Notes: generated by a model from the letters alone, not told the origin. 64,000 nucleotides of DNA from an uncultured Gemmatimonadales bacterium (GCA_963779755.1 CAVZZO010000003.1:1472001-1536000); one strand, 5' to 3'; positions 10,136 through 20,676 are shown, counted from the first letter of the stretch. A program made the numbers and translations.

Positions 10136-10363
10136 ATGTCCGCTCGCCGACCTGCCCCCGCTGACCTGCCCCGGAGCCGGGGCCCGGTTCGCATTTACCG
10201 CCTGGGAGCGGAGCCCGGGGACGACCTTTCGGCGACGACCACGCCCGAGGAGCGGGTGGCACTCGTCTGGGAGCTGAGCCGGCGGCTGTGGGCCCTGACC
10301 GGCCAGCCCAGCCTCGCGGGTCCGCGCGACCAACTCCCGATCCGGGTCATTCGCCCCACGTGA
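10136..10363 (+). CDS. small partner protein of nucleotidyltransferase (antitoxin-like)
   Basis: TPEERVALVWELS motif; stop overlaps next GTG. Confidence 0.6.
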   Translation: MSARRPAPADLPRSRGPVRIYRLGAEPGDDLSATTTPEERVALVWELSRRLWALTGQPSLAGPRDQLPIRVIRPT

Positions 10364-10821
10364 ACGACGATTGGTTCGACCTGCTGCAGGCCCTGGTCGG
10401 CGCCCAGGCCCGTTTCCTCGTGGTCGGGGCGCATGCGATGGCGGTCCACGGGGTCCCGCGCGGCACCCAGGATCTCGACGTCTGGATCGAGCCGTCGCCC
10501 GAGAACGCCGAGCGGGTGTGGCAGGCGCTGGCGGCCTTCGGGGCCCCCTTGTCCAGCCTGGGCATCACCCGGGATGACTTCGCGCAGCCCGGCGCGATCA
10601 TCCAGATCGGCCTCCCGCCCAACCGGATTGATGTGCTCACCGCGATCAGCGGGATTCCCGATTTCGGCACGGCCTGGGGGGAGCGGCGCGTCCACCCGGT
10701 GCGGGGCTGCCCAGTACCGTTCCTGGGCCGGGCCGAGCTGATCCTCAACAAGCGCGCCAGCGGCCGGCGGAAGGACTTGGCGGATCTGGAAGCCCTGGGG
10801 GAGCTGCCGCCACTACCATGA
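10360..10821 (+). CDS. nucleotidyltransferase (DUF6036/AbiEii-like)
   Basis: VVGAHAMAVHG, TQDLDVW, NKRASGRRKDLADL. Confidence 0.8.
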   Translation: MNDDWFDLLQALVGAQARFLVVGAHAMAVHGVPRGTQDLDVWIEPSPENAERVWQALAAFGAPLSSLGITRDDFAQPGAIIQIGLPPNRIDVLTAISGIPDFGTAWGERRVHPVRGCPVPFLGRAELILNKRASGRRKDLADLEALGELPPLP

Positions 10822-10971
10822 CCGGCGCGGTGACCGCCCCGGATTCGGCAGCCGAAGATCCGCGGAGACATCGCCACTCCGGCGACCTTGATCTGTCCCG
10901 CCATCTCAAGCCTCCGCATGTCGGTACGCCGCCTGCCAGGCCGTCAGTCCGCCCCCCAGGTCGTACCGCGA

Positions 10972-11430
10972 TCAGGCCGCCGGACCTCCCTCCGGCCACG
11001 GGGCCGTGAACTCGAAGCGTTCGACTTGCCGGAGCCGGGTAAAGTCCTGGGTATTGGAGGTAATCAGGACCAGACCCTCTTCACGGCACGAAGCGGCGAG
11101 GAGAGCATCGTTGAGGAAAGATCGGGTGAAGCCGCCCCGGCTCAGGGTGCCGCGCTGAATGAGGAGGGACACCAACTCGCCGCTGCGAACCCAGGCCTGG
11201 TAGGAAGGCACGATCACTCTGCCCCGGGTTTCAAAGGGCCGCAGGTAGGCTTTCCGGATCTGGCGCCGCCCCTGTGGGCTCAGGCCTCCCAGCATGAGCT
11301 CCTGGCCCACGGTCGCGTGGAGATAGGTCACTGGAAGCCAGGCGGCATAGAACGTAACCAGGGCCTCTGCCGCACGGGTGTCCCGGGCGGCCGCAACGTA
11401 AATATTCGTATCCAGTACATATTTCGGCAC
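10972..11430 (-). CDS. vapC: PIN-domain toxin
   Basis: VLDTNIY, DALLAASC, ITSNTQDF. Confidence 0.88.
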   Translation of the reverse strand: MPKYVLDTNIYVAAARDTRAAEALVTFYAAWLPVTYLHATVGQELMLGGLSPQGRRQIRKAYLRPFETRGRVIVPSYQAWVRSGELVSLLIQRGTLSRGGFTRSFLNDALLAASCREEGLVLITSNTQDFTRLRQVERFEFTAPWPEGGPAA

Positions 11431-11436
11431 CGTGCC

Positions 11437-11643
11437 TCAGTTCTCCGCAAAGGGATCCTGAAGGGCCCGGCGTCCGGCCAGGCGGCGGACCCCCGTGGTG
11501 ACCTCCTGTCGGAAGGCCACGAGGTCCAGGGCCTGTTCCACGGTCTCGGTTTCGGTTGTGGTGCCGAGGATCCGGCGAGCCCGGTCGAGCTTGGCCTGGC
11601 TGAGGCGCAGGTTCTTCCGGACCCGGGGCGAACTGTGAGCCAT
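11437..11643 (-). CDS. VapB-like antitoxin
   Basis: RKNLRLSQAKLDRARRILGTTTETETVEQAL directly upstream of vapC. Confidence 0.75.
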   Translation of the reverse strand: MAHSSPRVRKNLRLSQAKLDRARRILGTTTETETVEQALDLVAFRQEVTTGVRRLAGRRALQDPFAEN

Positions 11644-11750
11644 CCCGACCTCCGAATGATTGTACAGCCATAATCTACCAACTGTACAGGCGGGCCACAA
11701 GAGAAACTGTTCATCCTATCGTTCGCTCGACGCCGGACCGCTGACTTGAC

Positions 11751-12861
11751 TAGTGGACTGTACCAGATAAGTGTTTAGTGTTAGATTGGTGGGCATGGAA
11801 ACTCAACCACTCGTGCTGACCCCCGCCGAGCGCGCCGAGTTGGAGCGTCGGACGCGCAGTCGGACGGGGCGCGCCCAGGATGCTATGGTCGCGCGTGTGT
11901 TGCTGCTGTTGGCGGCGGGCCTGACCTACCGCGACATCGCCGCACGCACGGGGCGCTCGGAACCGTTCATCAGTAAGTGGAAGCGCCGGTTTGTGGAGGC
12001 GCGCCTGGCCGGGCTGTACGTGCGGCACGCGGGGCGTCCCGTCCGAGTCCGGACTCCCCAGCTGGAAGCACGCATTCTCGATGCGACGCGCACGGCCCCG
12101 CCGGACGGGTCGACGCATTGGAGCACCCGGCGACTGGCGAAGCGCCTCAAGCTGCCGCACATGACGGTCGCACGGGTCTGGAGGAAGCACGGGATTCAGC
12201 CGCACCGGATGGAGCGTTATATGGCGTCGAACGATCCCGACTTCGAGACCAAAGCGGCGGATGTGATCGGGCTCTACTTGCATCCGCCGCAGCATGCCGC
12301 CGTTTTCTGTGTGGATGAGAAGACGGCGATCCAGGCCCTCGAGCGCAAGGATCCGATGCTGCCGCTGTCGCCCGGCCGCGCGGAACGCCATGGGTTTGAA
12401 TACGTCCGCCACGGCACGCTGTCGCTGTTCGCCGCCCTCGAGACGCGGACGGGCCTGGTGATCGGCCAGACTGCCGAGCGCCACACGAGCCAGGCCTTCA
12501 TTGCGTTTCTGGCCGATCTCCTGACGCGCGTGCCGGCGCGGCGTGAGGTGCACATCATCTGCGACAACTTGTCGGTGCATAAAACGCAACGCGTCGCGGA
12601 ATTCCTGGCCGAGCATCCGCGCGTGCAGTTGCACTTCACTCCGACCTACAGCTCTTGGTTGAATCAAGTGGAGCTCTGGTTCGCCAAAATCGAACGCGAT
12701 CTGATTCATCGGGGCGTCTTCACCTCCACCAAAGACCTCGCCCGCCGCATCAGGAAGTACATTCGGCAGTACAACCGCGACCCGCGACCGATTCGGTGGA
12801 AGTACGATGATCCCGCTCACCGCATCCACGTCGCTTAACGTTCAACTGGTACAGTCCACTA
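11751..12861 (+). mobile_element. IS630-family insertion sequence
   Basis: terminal IRs TAGTGGACTGTACCAG / CTGGTACAGTCCACTA, TA in CTAG context at both ends. Confidence 0.92.
11795..12838 (+). CDS. IS630 transposase
   Basis: VDEKT, ICDNLSVHK, SSWLNQVELWF DDE motifs. Confidence 0.93.
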   Translation: METQPLVLTPAERAELERRTRSRTGRAQDAMVARVLLLLAAGLTYRDIAARTGRSEPFISKWKRRFVEARLAGLYVRHAGRPVRVRTPQLEARILDATRTAPPDGSTHWSTRRLAKRLKLPHMTVARVWRKHGIQPHRMERYMASNDPDFETKAADVIGLYLHPPQHAAVFCVDEKTAIQALERKDPMLPLSPGRAERHGFEYVRHGTLSLFAALETRTGLVIGQTAERHTSQAFIAFLADLLTRVPARREVHIICDNLSVHKTQRVAEFLAEHPRVQLHFTPTYSSWLNQVELWFAKIERDLIHRGVFTSTKDLARRIRKYIRQYNRDPRPIRWKYDDPAHRIHVA

Positions 12862-12888
12862 GTCTGACTAGATCGGCCAGATTCAGGC

Positions 12889-13161
12889 ATGCGCGATACC
12901 TATTCCCTCTACGAGGCCAAGGCCCGCCTTTCCGCCATTGTGCGGCGCGTGCGCGACGGGCATCGGGTCATTGTCACCGTGCGGGGCGAACCGGTGGCCG
13001 AGATCCGCCCGCTGGTGCCGCCGGCCGCCGGGCTCGCGCGCCGGGTGGAGCAGCTGGCCGAGCGGGGCGTGCTGGTGCGGGGCGCCGGCCCCGCGCCGGG
13101 GCGGTGGCCCGTGGCGCGGCGGCCGGGCGCCCTGGCCCGGTTTCTGGCTGAGCGCGAGTGA
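12889..13161 (+). CDS. Phd/YefM antitoxin
   Basis: YEAKARLSAIVRRV..VIVTVRGEPVAEI. Confidence 0.85.
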   Translation: MRDTYSLYEAKARLSAIVRRVRDGHRVIVTVRGEPVAEIRPLVPPAAGLARRVEQLAERGVLVRGAGPAPGRWPVARRPGALARFLAERE

Positions 13162-13509
13162 TGCGGGTGGCCTACGTGGATACGTCCTGCCTGGTGGCGA
13201 TGGCATTTGGCGAGCGAGGCGGGACGGCGGTGGCGCGGCGATTGGCCGGCTTCGAGGAGTTGGTGGCGGCCAATCTGCTCCAAGCCGAGCTGAGGTCGGT
13301 GTTCGTGCGCGAGGGTCTGGGCGCCGGTCTCCTGGGTCATTCCGGACCGGCCGTTGCATCAGGAGATCGCCCGGGTGCTCGCGGCGGGATATGTCCGCGG
13401 GGCTGATTGCTGGCACCTCGCCACCGCCCTGTTCCTCGCCGAAGACCCCGGCGAGCTCACATTTCTCACCCTGGATGAGCGGCAGCGGGGATTGGGCTTC
13501 GCCGTGTGA
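13158..13509 (+). pseudogene. vapC: PIN/VapC toxin, frameshifted near 13320
   Basis: YVDTSCL N-part; another frame continues RGADCWHLATAL..FLTLDERQ to TGA at 13509. Confidence 0.75.
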
Positions 13510-13611
13510 GTGAAGCCGCTCAGGCGCCAAAGACGCCGGCTCGGCTACTCCGTCGCTGCCCGACTCCGGCCCGAAGGTTCGTCGCATTCGCGACAGTTGG
13601 GGTCGACCAGG

Positions 13612-13765
13612 TGAATCGCCCCGGGATTGCCGGAGGTTGGAGCCATGGACAAGCGCACACGAACTCCCAGAGGTGCGGGAGCGGACCGTCCGGCTGGTGC
13701 GGGAGCACGGGCCGGAGCATGACTCGCAATGGGCGGCGATCCGGTCCGTTGCAAGCAAGGTGGGC
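13612..13765 (+). mobile_element. IS3-family left end with OrfA N-terminal remnant
   Basis: IRL TGAATCGCCCCGGGATTGCCGGAG; PEVRERTVRLV..SQWAAIRSVASKVG. Confidence 0.75.
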
Positions 13766-13769
13766 CGGC

Positions 13770-14035
13770 CAGCCCTGTGCGTGCGCTGCGGGTTGGTCCG
13801 CGTTTCCAGTCGCCACCCAGTTCGCCTGCATCCCGCTCATTTCCTTCAGTTCATGGCCGAGGGCAATCGGTCGATTAATTGGCCCGCCAGATCGGGCGAT
13901 CCACCGAGGGTCGGTAAAGAGCTCCGTCCCGCACGCTGCATTCGCCCTACACTCATCCATGGACTGCTGACCACCAGCATTCCCAGCCTGCACAGTATCC
14001 AGCCCAAACGGATCACGAAACGCGACACCCCTATT
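13770..14035 (-). pseudogene. orphan Rhs C-terminal fragment
   Basis: VAFRDPFGL then DTVQAGNAGG..GHELKE; cut by IS3 remnant and IS110. Confidence 0.6.
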
Positions 14036-14040
14036 GCCCG

Positions 14041-15636
14041 ATGGGGGTGGAGGGTGACTATCAGCTCCTAGCCCGTCGGCCTCGGCCGGCGCACCCTCGG
14101 AGCACCCCTAACGAGGAGTGCTCCCATGATTTCCTTCCCCAGGCGCGAGCGCGCCCAGACCGCCGCCGCCGTGGTCGGCGTGGACGCCGGCAAGTTTTCC
14201 CATACCCTGGTCATGCGTCCCCGGGGCCAGCCCGATTCCAAGCCGTTCAGCTTCCCCACCACCCGCCCGGGTTTCGAGGCCGCGGTGGCCTTCCTGCGCC
14301 AGAAGGCGCCCGGCGCCGAGGTCTCCACGGTGCTGGTCGGGATCGAGTTCGCCGGAAACTACGGCTTCACCTTCGCCCACTTCCTGGCCCACCTCGGCGT
14401 CCCGGTCGTGAGCGTCCTTCCGGCCCACACCAAGCGCTGGAAGGACGTCGCGCACAATCAGCCCTTGAAGACCGACGCCAAGGATGCCGGCACCATCACC
14501 GACCTCCTGGCCCAGGGGCACTTCGTGAGCTTCCCATTCCTGGCCCCGGCCTATGCCGATCTCCGTTACCTGGTGGCCGCCCGGGAGCGGCTGTCCCTGC
14601 TGCGGCGCGGCGCGATGACTCAGCTCCGCTCCCTCTTACAGGTGGTCTTCCCCGAGTTCGAGGCCATCTTCCCCCTGTTGACGAAGAAGACGCCGAGGTC
14701 CCTCCTCCGGGCCTTCCCCACCCCGGAGGACCTGCTCCGGGCGTCCAAGGCCAAGGTGCTCCGCGTGCTGCACACCGCCAGCCGCGGCCACTTGGGTCCC
14801 GAAACTTACGAGAAGCTGATCACGGCGGCCCGCGCCACCCTGGGCCTCCCCCGCGCCCAGGGCCGGCTTGGCCAGGAGATCGGTCTGGTCCTCGAGCGGC
14901 TGGCACTCTTCGAGACCCAGATCAAGACCTTGGAGGCGGCGATGGTCGACGCGCTCCAAGGCGTGCCCGAGACGCCCTATCTCCTCAGCATCCCCAAGAT
15001 CGCGCCCGTGACCGCCGCCGTCTTCCTCGGCTCGATCGGCGATCCGCGGGCCTATGAGTCCAGTGCCCAGATTCTCCGGGTGGCCGGGCTCTCGCTGATC
15101 GAGCGCTCCAGCGGCATCCTCCGCGGCACCAAGCGGATCTCCAAGCGAGGCCGGCCGCTGCTCCGGCAGGCGGCGTACATGTTTGCGGTCCGAAGCATCA
15201 CCAAGGGCGGCCTCTTCCGAGCCGAGTACGAGGCCCTCTGCCGCCGCAATGGCGGGCAGAAGATGAAGGCCGTGGTGGCCGTCATGCGCTCGGGCCTGCG
15301 GCTCCTCTACAGCGTAGCCCGGGACCGGCGGGTGTTTACGGCCGAGCCCCCGGTCTGGCGGGATCGTCCTGCCCGGCGGGTCGCCATGGCCTGAGCCTGA
15401 CGCACGACGGCTGGCCGGCCGGGGCTGAGGAGCCCTTGTTCGCTTGAAGGAGCCCCCGGGCTCGCTTCCCATCCTACACGGCTCTCCCTGGCCGAGGGTC
15501 CGCTCGAGTCTCCGATAATGGGGTGTCGAGGGTCGCCCGCCTGTGCGGGCCACGCCTTCGAGTGGTGCTAGCATCGAGCTACGCGGCCCGTGTCCACCGG
15601 CAGGTGCTCTTTGACAATTGTTGTACCATGCTCCAT
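14041..15636 (+). mobile_element. IS110-family element (ends approximate)
   Basis: transposase plus about 240-nt 3' noncoding region ending TTGACA..CTCCAT. Confidence 0.65.
14126..15394 (+). CDS. IS110-family DEDD recombinase/transposase
   Basis: GVDAGK, GIE, KTDAKDA, SSG..RISKRG..LRQAAY. Confidence 0.92.
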   Translation: MISFPRRERAQTAAAVVGVDAGKFSHTLVMRPRGQPDSKPFSFPTTRPGFEAAVAFLRQKAPGAEVSTVLVGIEFAGNYGFTFAHFLAHLGVPVVSVLPAHTKRWKDVAHNQPLKTDAKDAGTITDLLAQGHFVSFPFLAPAYADLRYLVAARERLSLLRRGAMTQLRSLLQVVFPEFEAIFPLLTKKTPRSLLRAFPTPEDLLRASKAKVLRVLHTASRGHLGPETYEKLITAARATLGLPRAQGRLGQEIGLVLERLALFETQIKTLEAAMVDALQGVPETPYLLSIPKIAPVTAAVFLGSIGDPRAYESSAQILRVAGLSLIERSSGILRGTKRISKRGRPLLRQAAYMFAVRSITKGGLFRAEYEALCRRNGGQKMKAVVAVMRSGLRLLYSVARDRRVFTAEPPVWRDRPARRVAMA

Positions 15637-15871
15637 TGTGGGCCTCGGGCCCGACGCGGGATGAGGCGTGACGTGCGTAGCTCCCGGTCTTCGGCGTACG
15701 ACTCGATCGCGCCCGGGCCGCTCCGTTTCTCTGCCCAGCCGGGGCCGACGCGGATCCAATAATCCGAACGACGGGCGCCCCGGCGCCGCGTCCCACGCGA
15801 CACGCGATCGCGCCGGGGGGTGGGTCCGCCCCGATGACCCGAACGCTTCCGCACGATCCGCCGGGAACTGG

Positions 15872-16357
15872 CTACCCTGGACGTTTGAGCTCGTAGCCTG
15901 TCGCGCCCGCCTTCGCAGGCCCGACACCAAGCTCAAGCCCGTCAGTTCCGAGAATGACCCACGCATCATCTCGGTCCTCGTTGCTGTCGGCGAACACGTG
16001 CAACTCGTCACCACCTTGAAAGGCGATGAAAAGATCCCAGCCAGGAGGGTGGGCCCGAGCCTCAGTGATCTCTTGACCGACGAGGGGCCTAACCGCCTCT
16101 AACAGATGACCGGTCACGCCTCCGGAAACATTCCAGTCGGCAATCACTTCTTTGGCTGTTTGAAGCCGCCAAGGAGAGAGGATCGTCAGGTGTCTCCAGC
16201 CATGTGGCCGCGCTAGGGGTGCATCGTCTGGACGATGTCCCATGGGGCCAATATCCAAGCAAAGCACTGAGCCGTGCGGATTGTCGATCCCCTCGCACCG
16301 CTTCCCCACTAGCTCGGCGAGTACTCCGCGGACCTCACTGGCACTGAAAGTAGTCAT
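15872..16357 (-). CDS. putative immunity protein
   Basis: immediately downstream of Rhs tip; lower GC. Confidence 0.65.
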   Translation of the reverse strand: MTTFSASEVRGVLAELVGKRCEGIDNPHGSVLCLDIGPMGHRPDDAPLARPHGWRHLTILSPWRLQTAKEVIADWNVSGGVTGHLLEAVRPLVGQEITEARAHPPGWDLFIAFQGGDELHVFADSNEDRDDAWVILGTDGLELGVGPAKAGATGYELKRPG

Positions 16358-16365
16358 GGCGATGG

Positions 16366-16944
16366 TTACGGGTTCTTGAGATACTTTGCCTGCTTCGCCA
16401 GCTCTTCCGCGGTGGCTCGGATGTCGTCTGCCGAAAGGTCCTGGCCTGTGATCGCGTCGTGAAGAGCTCGCCGGCCCGCTCGGTTCAGACCAAGATCCTT
16501 CACGATTCGATCGACTTCTCTGTTCGGGCCTGCGTTGTCGCCACGCCCCTTGCCGGCTTGAGCAAACTGCACAGAGCCGTCGACCAACGCGCCGATGGCA
16601 GCACCCACGGCGGCACCTTTAATAGCCCCGGCAGTGGCGCCAGCCGAACCTCCGCCGATTGCGCACAGAGCCGCAACCGGACCTGCGGGAGAACATGCGA
16701 CGGCTCCGGCAGCAGCGCCTCCTGTCCCACCCCCTACCGCACCGATAATCGCCCCGACGCCTGTTCCCAACAAGGTCCAGAAGCCGGGGCAAGATGGACC
16801 AAAGTTGCTATCTTGGGGCGGGCAGAGTCCAAACGGATCGGTGTAGGCTACCGGATTCCCCCCCGCGTAGTCATACAGATTCACTCCACCGGCGAGCCCG
16901 ATGGGATCCTGGGTGAGGAACCGTCCCGTCCTGGGATCATACCA
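16366..16944 (-). pseudogene. orphan Rhs core end + toxin tip (Gly-rich helices, C-terminal LHD helical domain)
   Basis: [40 protein letters not shown]; no upstream Rhs body. Confidence 0.85.
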
Positions 16945-17083
16945 ATCCGCCGATTACCCAGATTACACCGATTCCATGTAAGAGGAAGGGCAATCGGTCG
17001 AATCTGCGTCATCGGCGGATTCCGAACCACGCCGGCGTTACAATGGTGACGCGGGTGAAGCGGCGGGCGGGTAGCATGGCGGG

Positions 17084-17515
17084 ATGCCGGCCCCCGCCTT
17101 GCCCCACGACCCCGACACTTACGCCATCATTGGCGCGGCCATGGAGGTCCATCGTGCCCTGGGCCCCGGCTATCTGGAGGCGGCCTATCGGGAGGCCCTG
17201 GCTTTCGCCTTCGCCAGTCGGCGGATTCCGTTCGCCAGCGAAGTACCCTTCCGGCTCTTCTTCAACGGCCGCCCGCTCATCACTCGTTACCGGGCCGACT
17301 TTGTCTGCTTCGACCAGGTCGTTGTGGAACTCAAGGCGTTGGCCGCCCTGACGGGCGTCGAGACGGCCCAGATCCTCAACTATCTCAAGGCGAGCGGATT
17401 GACCCGGGGACTCCTCCTGAATTTTGGGAATCCCAGCCTTCAGTACCGGCGCTTCGTCTGGAGCCAGGTGCTGTCTCCCGAACCATCGGCGCCATCGGCG
17501 CCATCGGCGGATTGA
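17084..17515 (+). CDS. GxxExxY protein (PD-(D/E)XK nuclease superfamily), copy 1
   Basis: GPGYLEAAY signature, RADF..VELKA, QILNYLK, GLLLNFG. Confidence 0.92.
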   Translation: MPAPALPHDPDTYAIIGAAMEVHRALGPGYLEAAYREALAFAFASRRIPFASEVPFRLFFNGRPLITRYRADFVCFDQVVVELKALAALTGVETAQILNYLKASGLTRGLLLNFGNPSLQYRRFVWSQVLSPEPSAPSAPSAD

Positions 17516-17692
17516 TGCTGGGTGAGGAACCGTCCCGTCCTGGGATCATACCAATCCGCCGATTACCCAGATTACACCGATTCCATGTAAGAGGAAGGGC
17601 AATCGGTCGAATCTGCGTCATCGGCGGATTCCGAACCACGCCGGCGTTACAATGGTGACGCGGGTGAAGCGGCGGGCGGGTAGCATGGCGGG

Positions 17693-18115
17693 ATGCCGGC
17701 CCCCGCCTTGCCCCACGACCCCGACACTTACGCCATCATTGGCGCGGCCATGGAGGTCCATCGTGCCCTGGGCCCCGGCTATCTGGAGGCGGCCTATCGG
17801 GAGGCCCTGGCTTTCGCCTTCGCCAGTCGGCGGATTCCGTTCGCCAGCGAAGTACCCTTCCGGCTCTTCTTCAACGGCCGCCCGCTCATCACTCGTTACC
17901 GGGCCGACTTTGTCTGCTTCGACCAGGTCGTTGTGGAACTCAAGGCGTTGGCCGCCCTGACGGGCGTCGAGACGGCCCAGATCCTCAACTATCTCAAGGC
18001 CAGCGGATTGACCCGGGGACTCCTCCTGAATTTTGGGGGTCCCAGCCTTCAGTACCGGCGCTTCGTCTGGAGCCAGCCGCCGTCCCCCGACCCATCGGCG
18101 CCATCGGCGGATTGA
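17693..18115 (+). CDS. GxxExxY protein, copy 2 (609-bp tandem duplicate)
   Basis: near-identical to copy 1. Confidence 0.9.
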   Translation: MPAPALPHDPDTYAIIGAAMEVHRALGPGYLEAAYREALAFAFASRRIPFASEVPFRLFFNGRPLITRYRADFVCFDQVVVELKALAALTGVETAQILNYLKASGLTRGLLLNFGGPSLQYRRFVWSQPPSPDPSAPSAD

Positions 18116-18390
18116 TGTTGGGTCAGCAAAGACCCGGTTGCGATCCGTCGTACCGCTGCCCGCCGCTAACTTGCTGCTGTTGTTTTTCTTAGTCGCCCCG
18201 CGTCAGCCGTCTGCATCATAACTTACGCGTTTTGGCCCTAGACGCGAGTTTCGAGATCGACTCACCCGGGCCCGAGGGCCGGCGGCCAGGCGCGGCCTCA
18301 ACGGAGGGATGCCGGAGTCTCCCGGGTCATGCTATCGTTCGGGGGTCTGTTGGCCGCCGTCACTATGGATCCGCCCTCGGACAGGCCGGT

Positions 18391-18651
18391 ATGCCGCGCA
18401 TCAGCCAGTTCTTTGGAGTCACGATTGTGATGTACTTCAACGATCACGCGCCACCACATTTTCATGCCCGGTATGGCGAGCATGAGTCCGCTATCGCGAT
18501 TGACACGCTGGGCCCCATCTGGGGGGACCTACCGCCCAGGGCGTTGGCACTGGTTCTGGAGTGGGCGGTGGGGCACCGAGCGGAATTGCTGGCCGACTGG
18601 GGGCGCGCCCGCGAAGGGCGGCCGCTCCTGCCGATTGCACCCCTGACTTGA
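18391..18651 (+). CDS. DUF4160 protein (TA-like)
   Basis: MPRISQFFGVTIVMYFNDHAPPHFHARYG. Confidence 0.88.
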   Translation: MPRISQFFGVTIVMYFNDHAPPHFHARYGEHESAIAIDTLGPIWGDLPPRALALVLEWAVGHRAELLADWGRAREGRPLLPIAPLT

Positions 18652-18667
18652 GCAAAGGGAGGTAGGT

Positions 18668-18949
18668 ATGTCGACTCGCGTTCGGCTCCGGGCGGTTCAG
18701 CCTCTCGAAGGCACTACCGTGCAGCTTGAATTGACCACGGGTGAAGAGCGCCGCATCGATCTGGCGCCCTTCCTTCGGGGTCCCGTGTTTGCGGCGATCC
18801 GTGAGTCAGCGGAACTGTTCCGACAGATCTCCGTGGACCCGGAGCTCGGCACCGTCGTCTGGCCCAACGGTGCCGACATCGATCCGGACGTACTGATCGG
18901 GGGGTTCCGTCCCGCTTGGCAGGACGAACCGGCCCCGACCTCCAGATAG
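18668..18949 (+). CDS. DUF2442 protein (TA-like partner)
   Basis: GTVVWPNGADIDPDVL. Confidence 0.88.
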   Translation: MSTRVRLRAVQPLEGTTVQLELTTGEERRIDLAPFLRGPVFAAIRESAELFRQISVDPELGTVVWPNGADIDPDVLIGGFRPAWQDEPAPTSR

Positions 18950-18959
18950 TCCAAGGTCC

Positions 18960-19296
18960 CCCGGCGCTGCCGGGGGCCATGCTCGCGGAGTTGGCGCAAG
19001 CGCTGAAAGTCTCCGCCGCGTTCGCCACTCGGGGGATTCCGTTCGCCAGCGAAGTGCCTTTCCGGCTCCTCTTCAACGGCCGCCCGCTCACCACCCGTTA
19101 CCGGGCGGACTTTGTCTGTTATGAACGGGTCATCGTGGAACTCAAGGCCCTGAGCGCACTCACCGACGCCGAAACCGCCCAGGTCCTGAACTATCTCAAG
19201 GCCAGCGGCCTGAGTCGTGGGTTGTTGATCACCTTCGGGGGCCCGAGTCTGCAGTACCGCCGCTTCGTCCCGACCCCGAAAGGCTCCTCGGCGTAA
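18960..19296 (+). pseudogene. XRE fragment fused to 5'-truncated GxxExxY
   Basis: PGAMLAELAQALKVSA (cf. 28073 ORF) joined to AFATRGIPFASEVP.. Confidence 0.7.
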
Positions 19297-19668
19297 TCGG
19301 TGCAATCTGCGGATTGGTGAGGAACCGTCCCGTCCTGGGATCATACCAATCCGCCGATTACCCAGATTACACCGATTCACGAGTCGGGAGGCCGTACGGC
19401 TCCGTACGACGGCGGCCAAGCGCTACAAACGGGTCGAGAACGCATGCGCGCTCATCTGGAAACTGCTGACGGTTGCGGAGACAACCTTCAGGAACCTGAA
19501 CGCGCCACACCGGCTCCGCGACGTTGCCGCCGGGCGGAAATACGAGAACGGCATCGCCGTTCACTCGAAACGGGTCGCCGCCTGATTCTCGTTTACACAC
19601 CTATTGAAACGAGCTCACCAAAGTGCGCGTGGCAGGCTAGGCTCCGCCATTGGGCGCAGTAGAAGGCA

Positions 19669-19695
19669 ATGAGGGCGCCGCTGAGGCGCCCTCAT
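19669..19695 (-). terminator. perfect 11-bp hairpin downstream of immunity gene
   Basis: atgagggcgcc-gctga-ggcgccctcat; U-tract weak. Confidence 0.45.
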
Positions 19696-19725
19696 GCGAT
19701 CATCAGTTGGAATCTCAGAGATGAG

Positions 19726-19968
19726 TCAGGGCAGGCCCAAACACGGCTCGTGCCACAGTCCAGGAATCCCTTCGAGTTGGTACAACGGATCACCACCGTG
19801 ATAGAAGCCGACGTCCTTCACCGTGGCGACCCTCCCAGCATACCCGAGCTGCTCAGAACTCAGCGGATGGTGAAGCTTCCATTCGTGGGCGAAGCGCTCC
19901 AAGTTCGCCTGTGCAGAGATCCGCACCTGTGCACCCACATGAAACCTGGCTTCATACGGCGTTGACAT
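19726..19968 (-). CDS. putative immunity protein
   Basis: directly follows the toxin tip. Confidence 0.65.
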   Translation of the reverse strand: MSTPYEARFHVGAQVRISAQANLERFAHEWKLHHPLSSEQLGYAGRVATVKDVGFYHGGDPLYQLEGIPGLWHEPCLGLP

Positions 19969-19980
19969 TTATCACCCATT

Positions 19981-20676
19981 CTATGGGGTAGGAGTGAAGG
20001 TGCCAGGCGCCACCGGGATTGGTTGCGTTGTCTGAAACTGTGCTGCCCCGCCGCTCGTGGCGGGACCGTTGAAAGGTGTCTTGAGCGCATCCGCCGGTAC
20101 CCTGAAAGTCGCTTGCATGGCACCCTTGCCTCCGTCGATCTCGAGAAGCGCCTCCGCCTCAGCAGCACTCTTGCCAGCGACTTCACCAGATGGGGTGACG
20201 AAACTGCCCGCACGAAGGGCCCCAGAACCTTCGATTGCAGCCGCCCCCTCGACACTTGTGAAGTGGGTGATAGCAACTGAGCGAAGCGAGGTACCGACCC
20301 TGCTCGCTACAATGCCGGCGACCTTCGCTCCCCCAATGAGCAGTGCCGCCTCAGCAGTGCCACGAAGAACGTGCCCGCTGCCGATATCGTTGCCCGCCGT
20401 CGCCGCCGCATTTAGACCCGTAGCGTGGAATGTCGCATTGAGAGCGGCTCCTGCATTAAGGGCCAAACTGCCAACAGCGCCACCTCGCCGAGCTCCCCAG
20501 TTTGCCAATCCTTGGGCGAGGCATTCTGTCCACGCCGACGACCCCTTGCATGGGTCCAACCCGAAGGGATCGCTAAAGCCGACCGGATTCCCCCCCGCGT
20601 ACGCATACAGATTGACCCCGCCCGCGAGGCCAATGGGATCCTGGGTGAGGAAGCGTCCCGTCTTGGGGTCATACCA
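19981..20676 (-). pseudogene. orphan Rhs tip, possible HYD1-type ADP-ribosyltransferase-like toxin
   Basis: FSDPFGL; THFTSVEGAAAIEGSGAL resembles the H-Y/F-T..G..I..SG signature. Confidence 0.75.

Noticed and set aside
8833..10194. N-terminal half of the 859-aa ORF 7615..10194
   Set aside because: Antisense to DUF899; the real start is at 8832.
17521..19201. 1.7-kb duplicate as a pure assembly artefact
   Set aside because: The copies differ at several positions and have different flanks; not fully excluded without reads.
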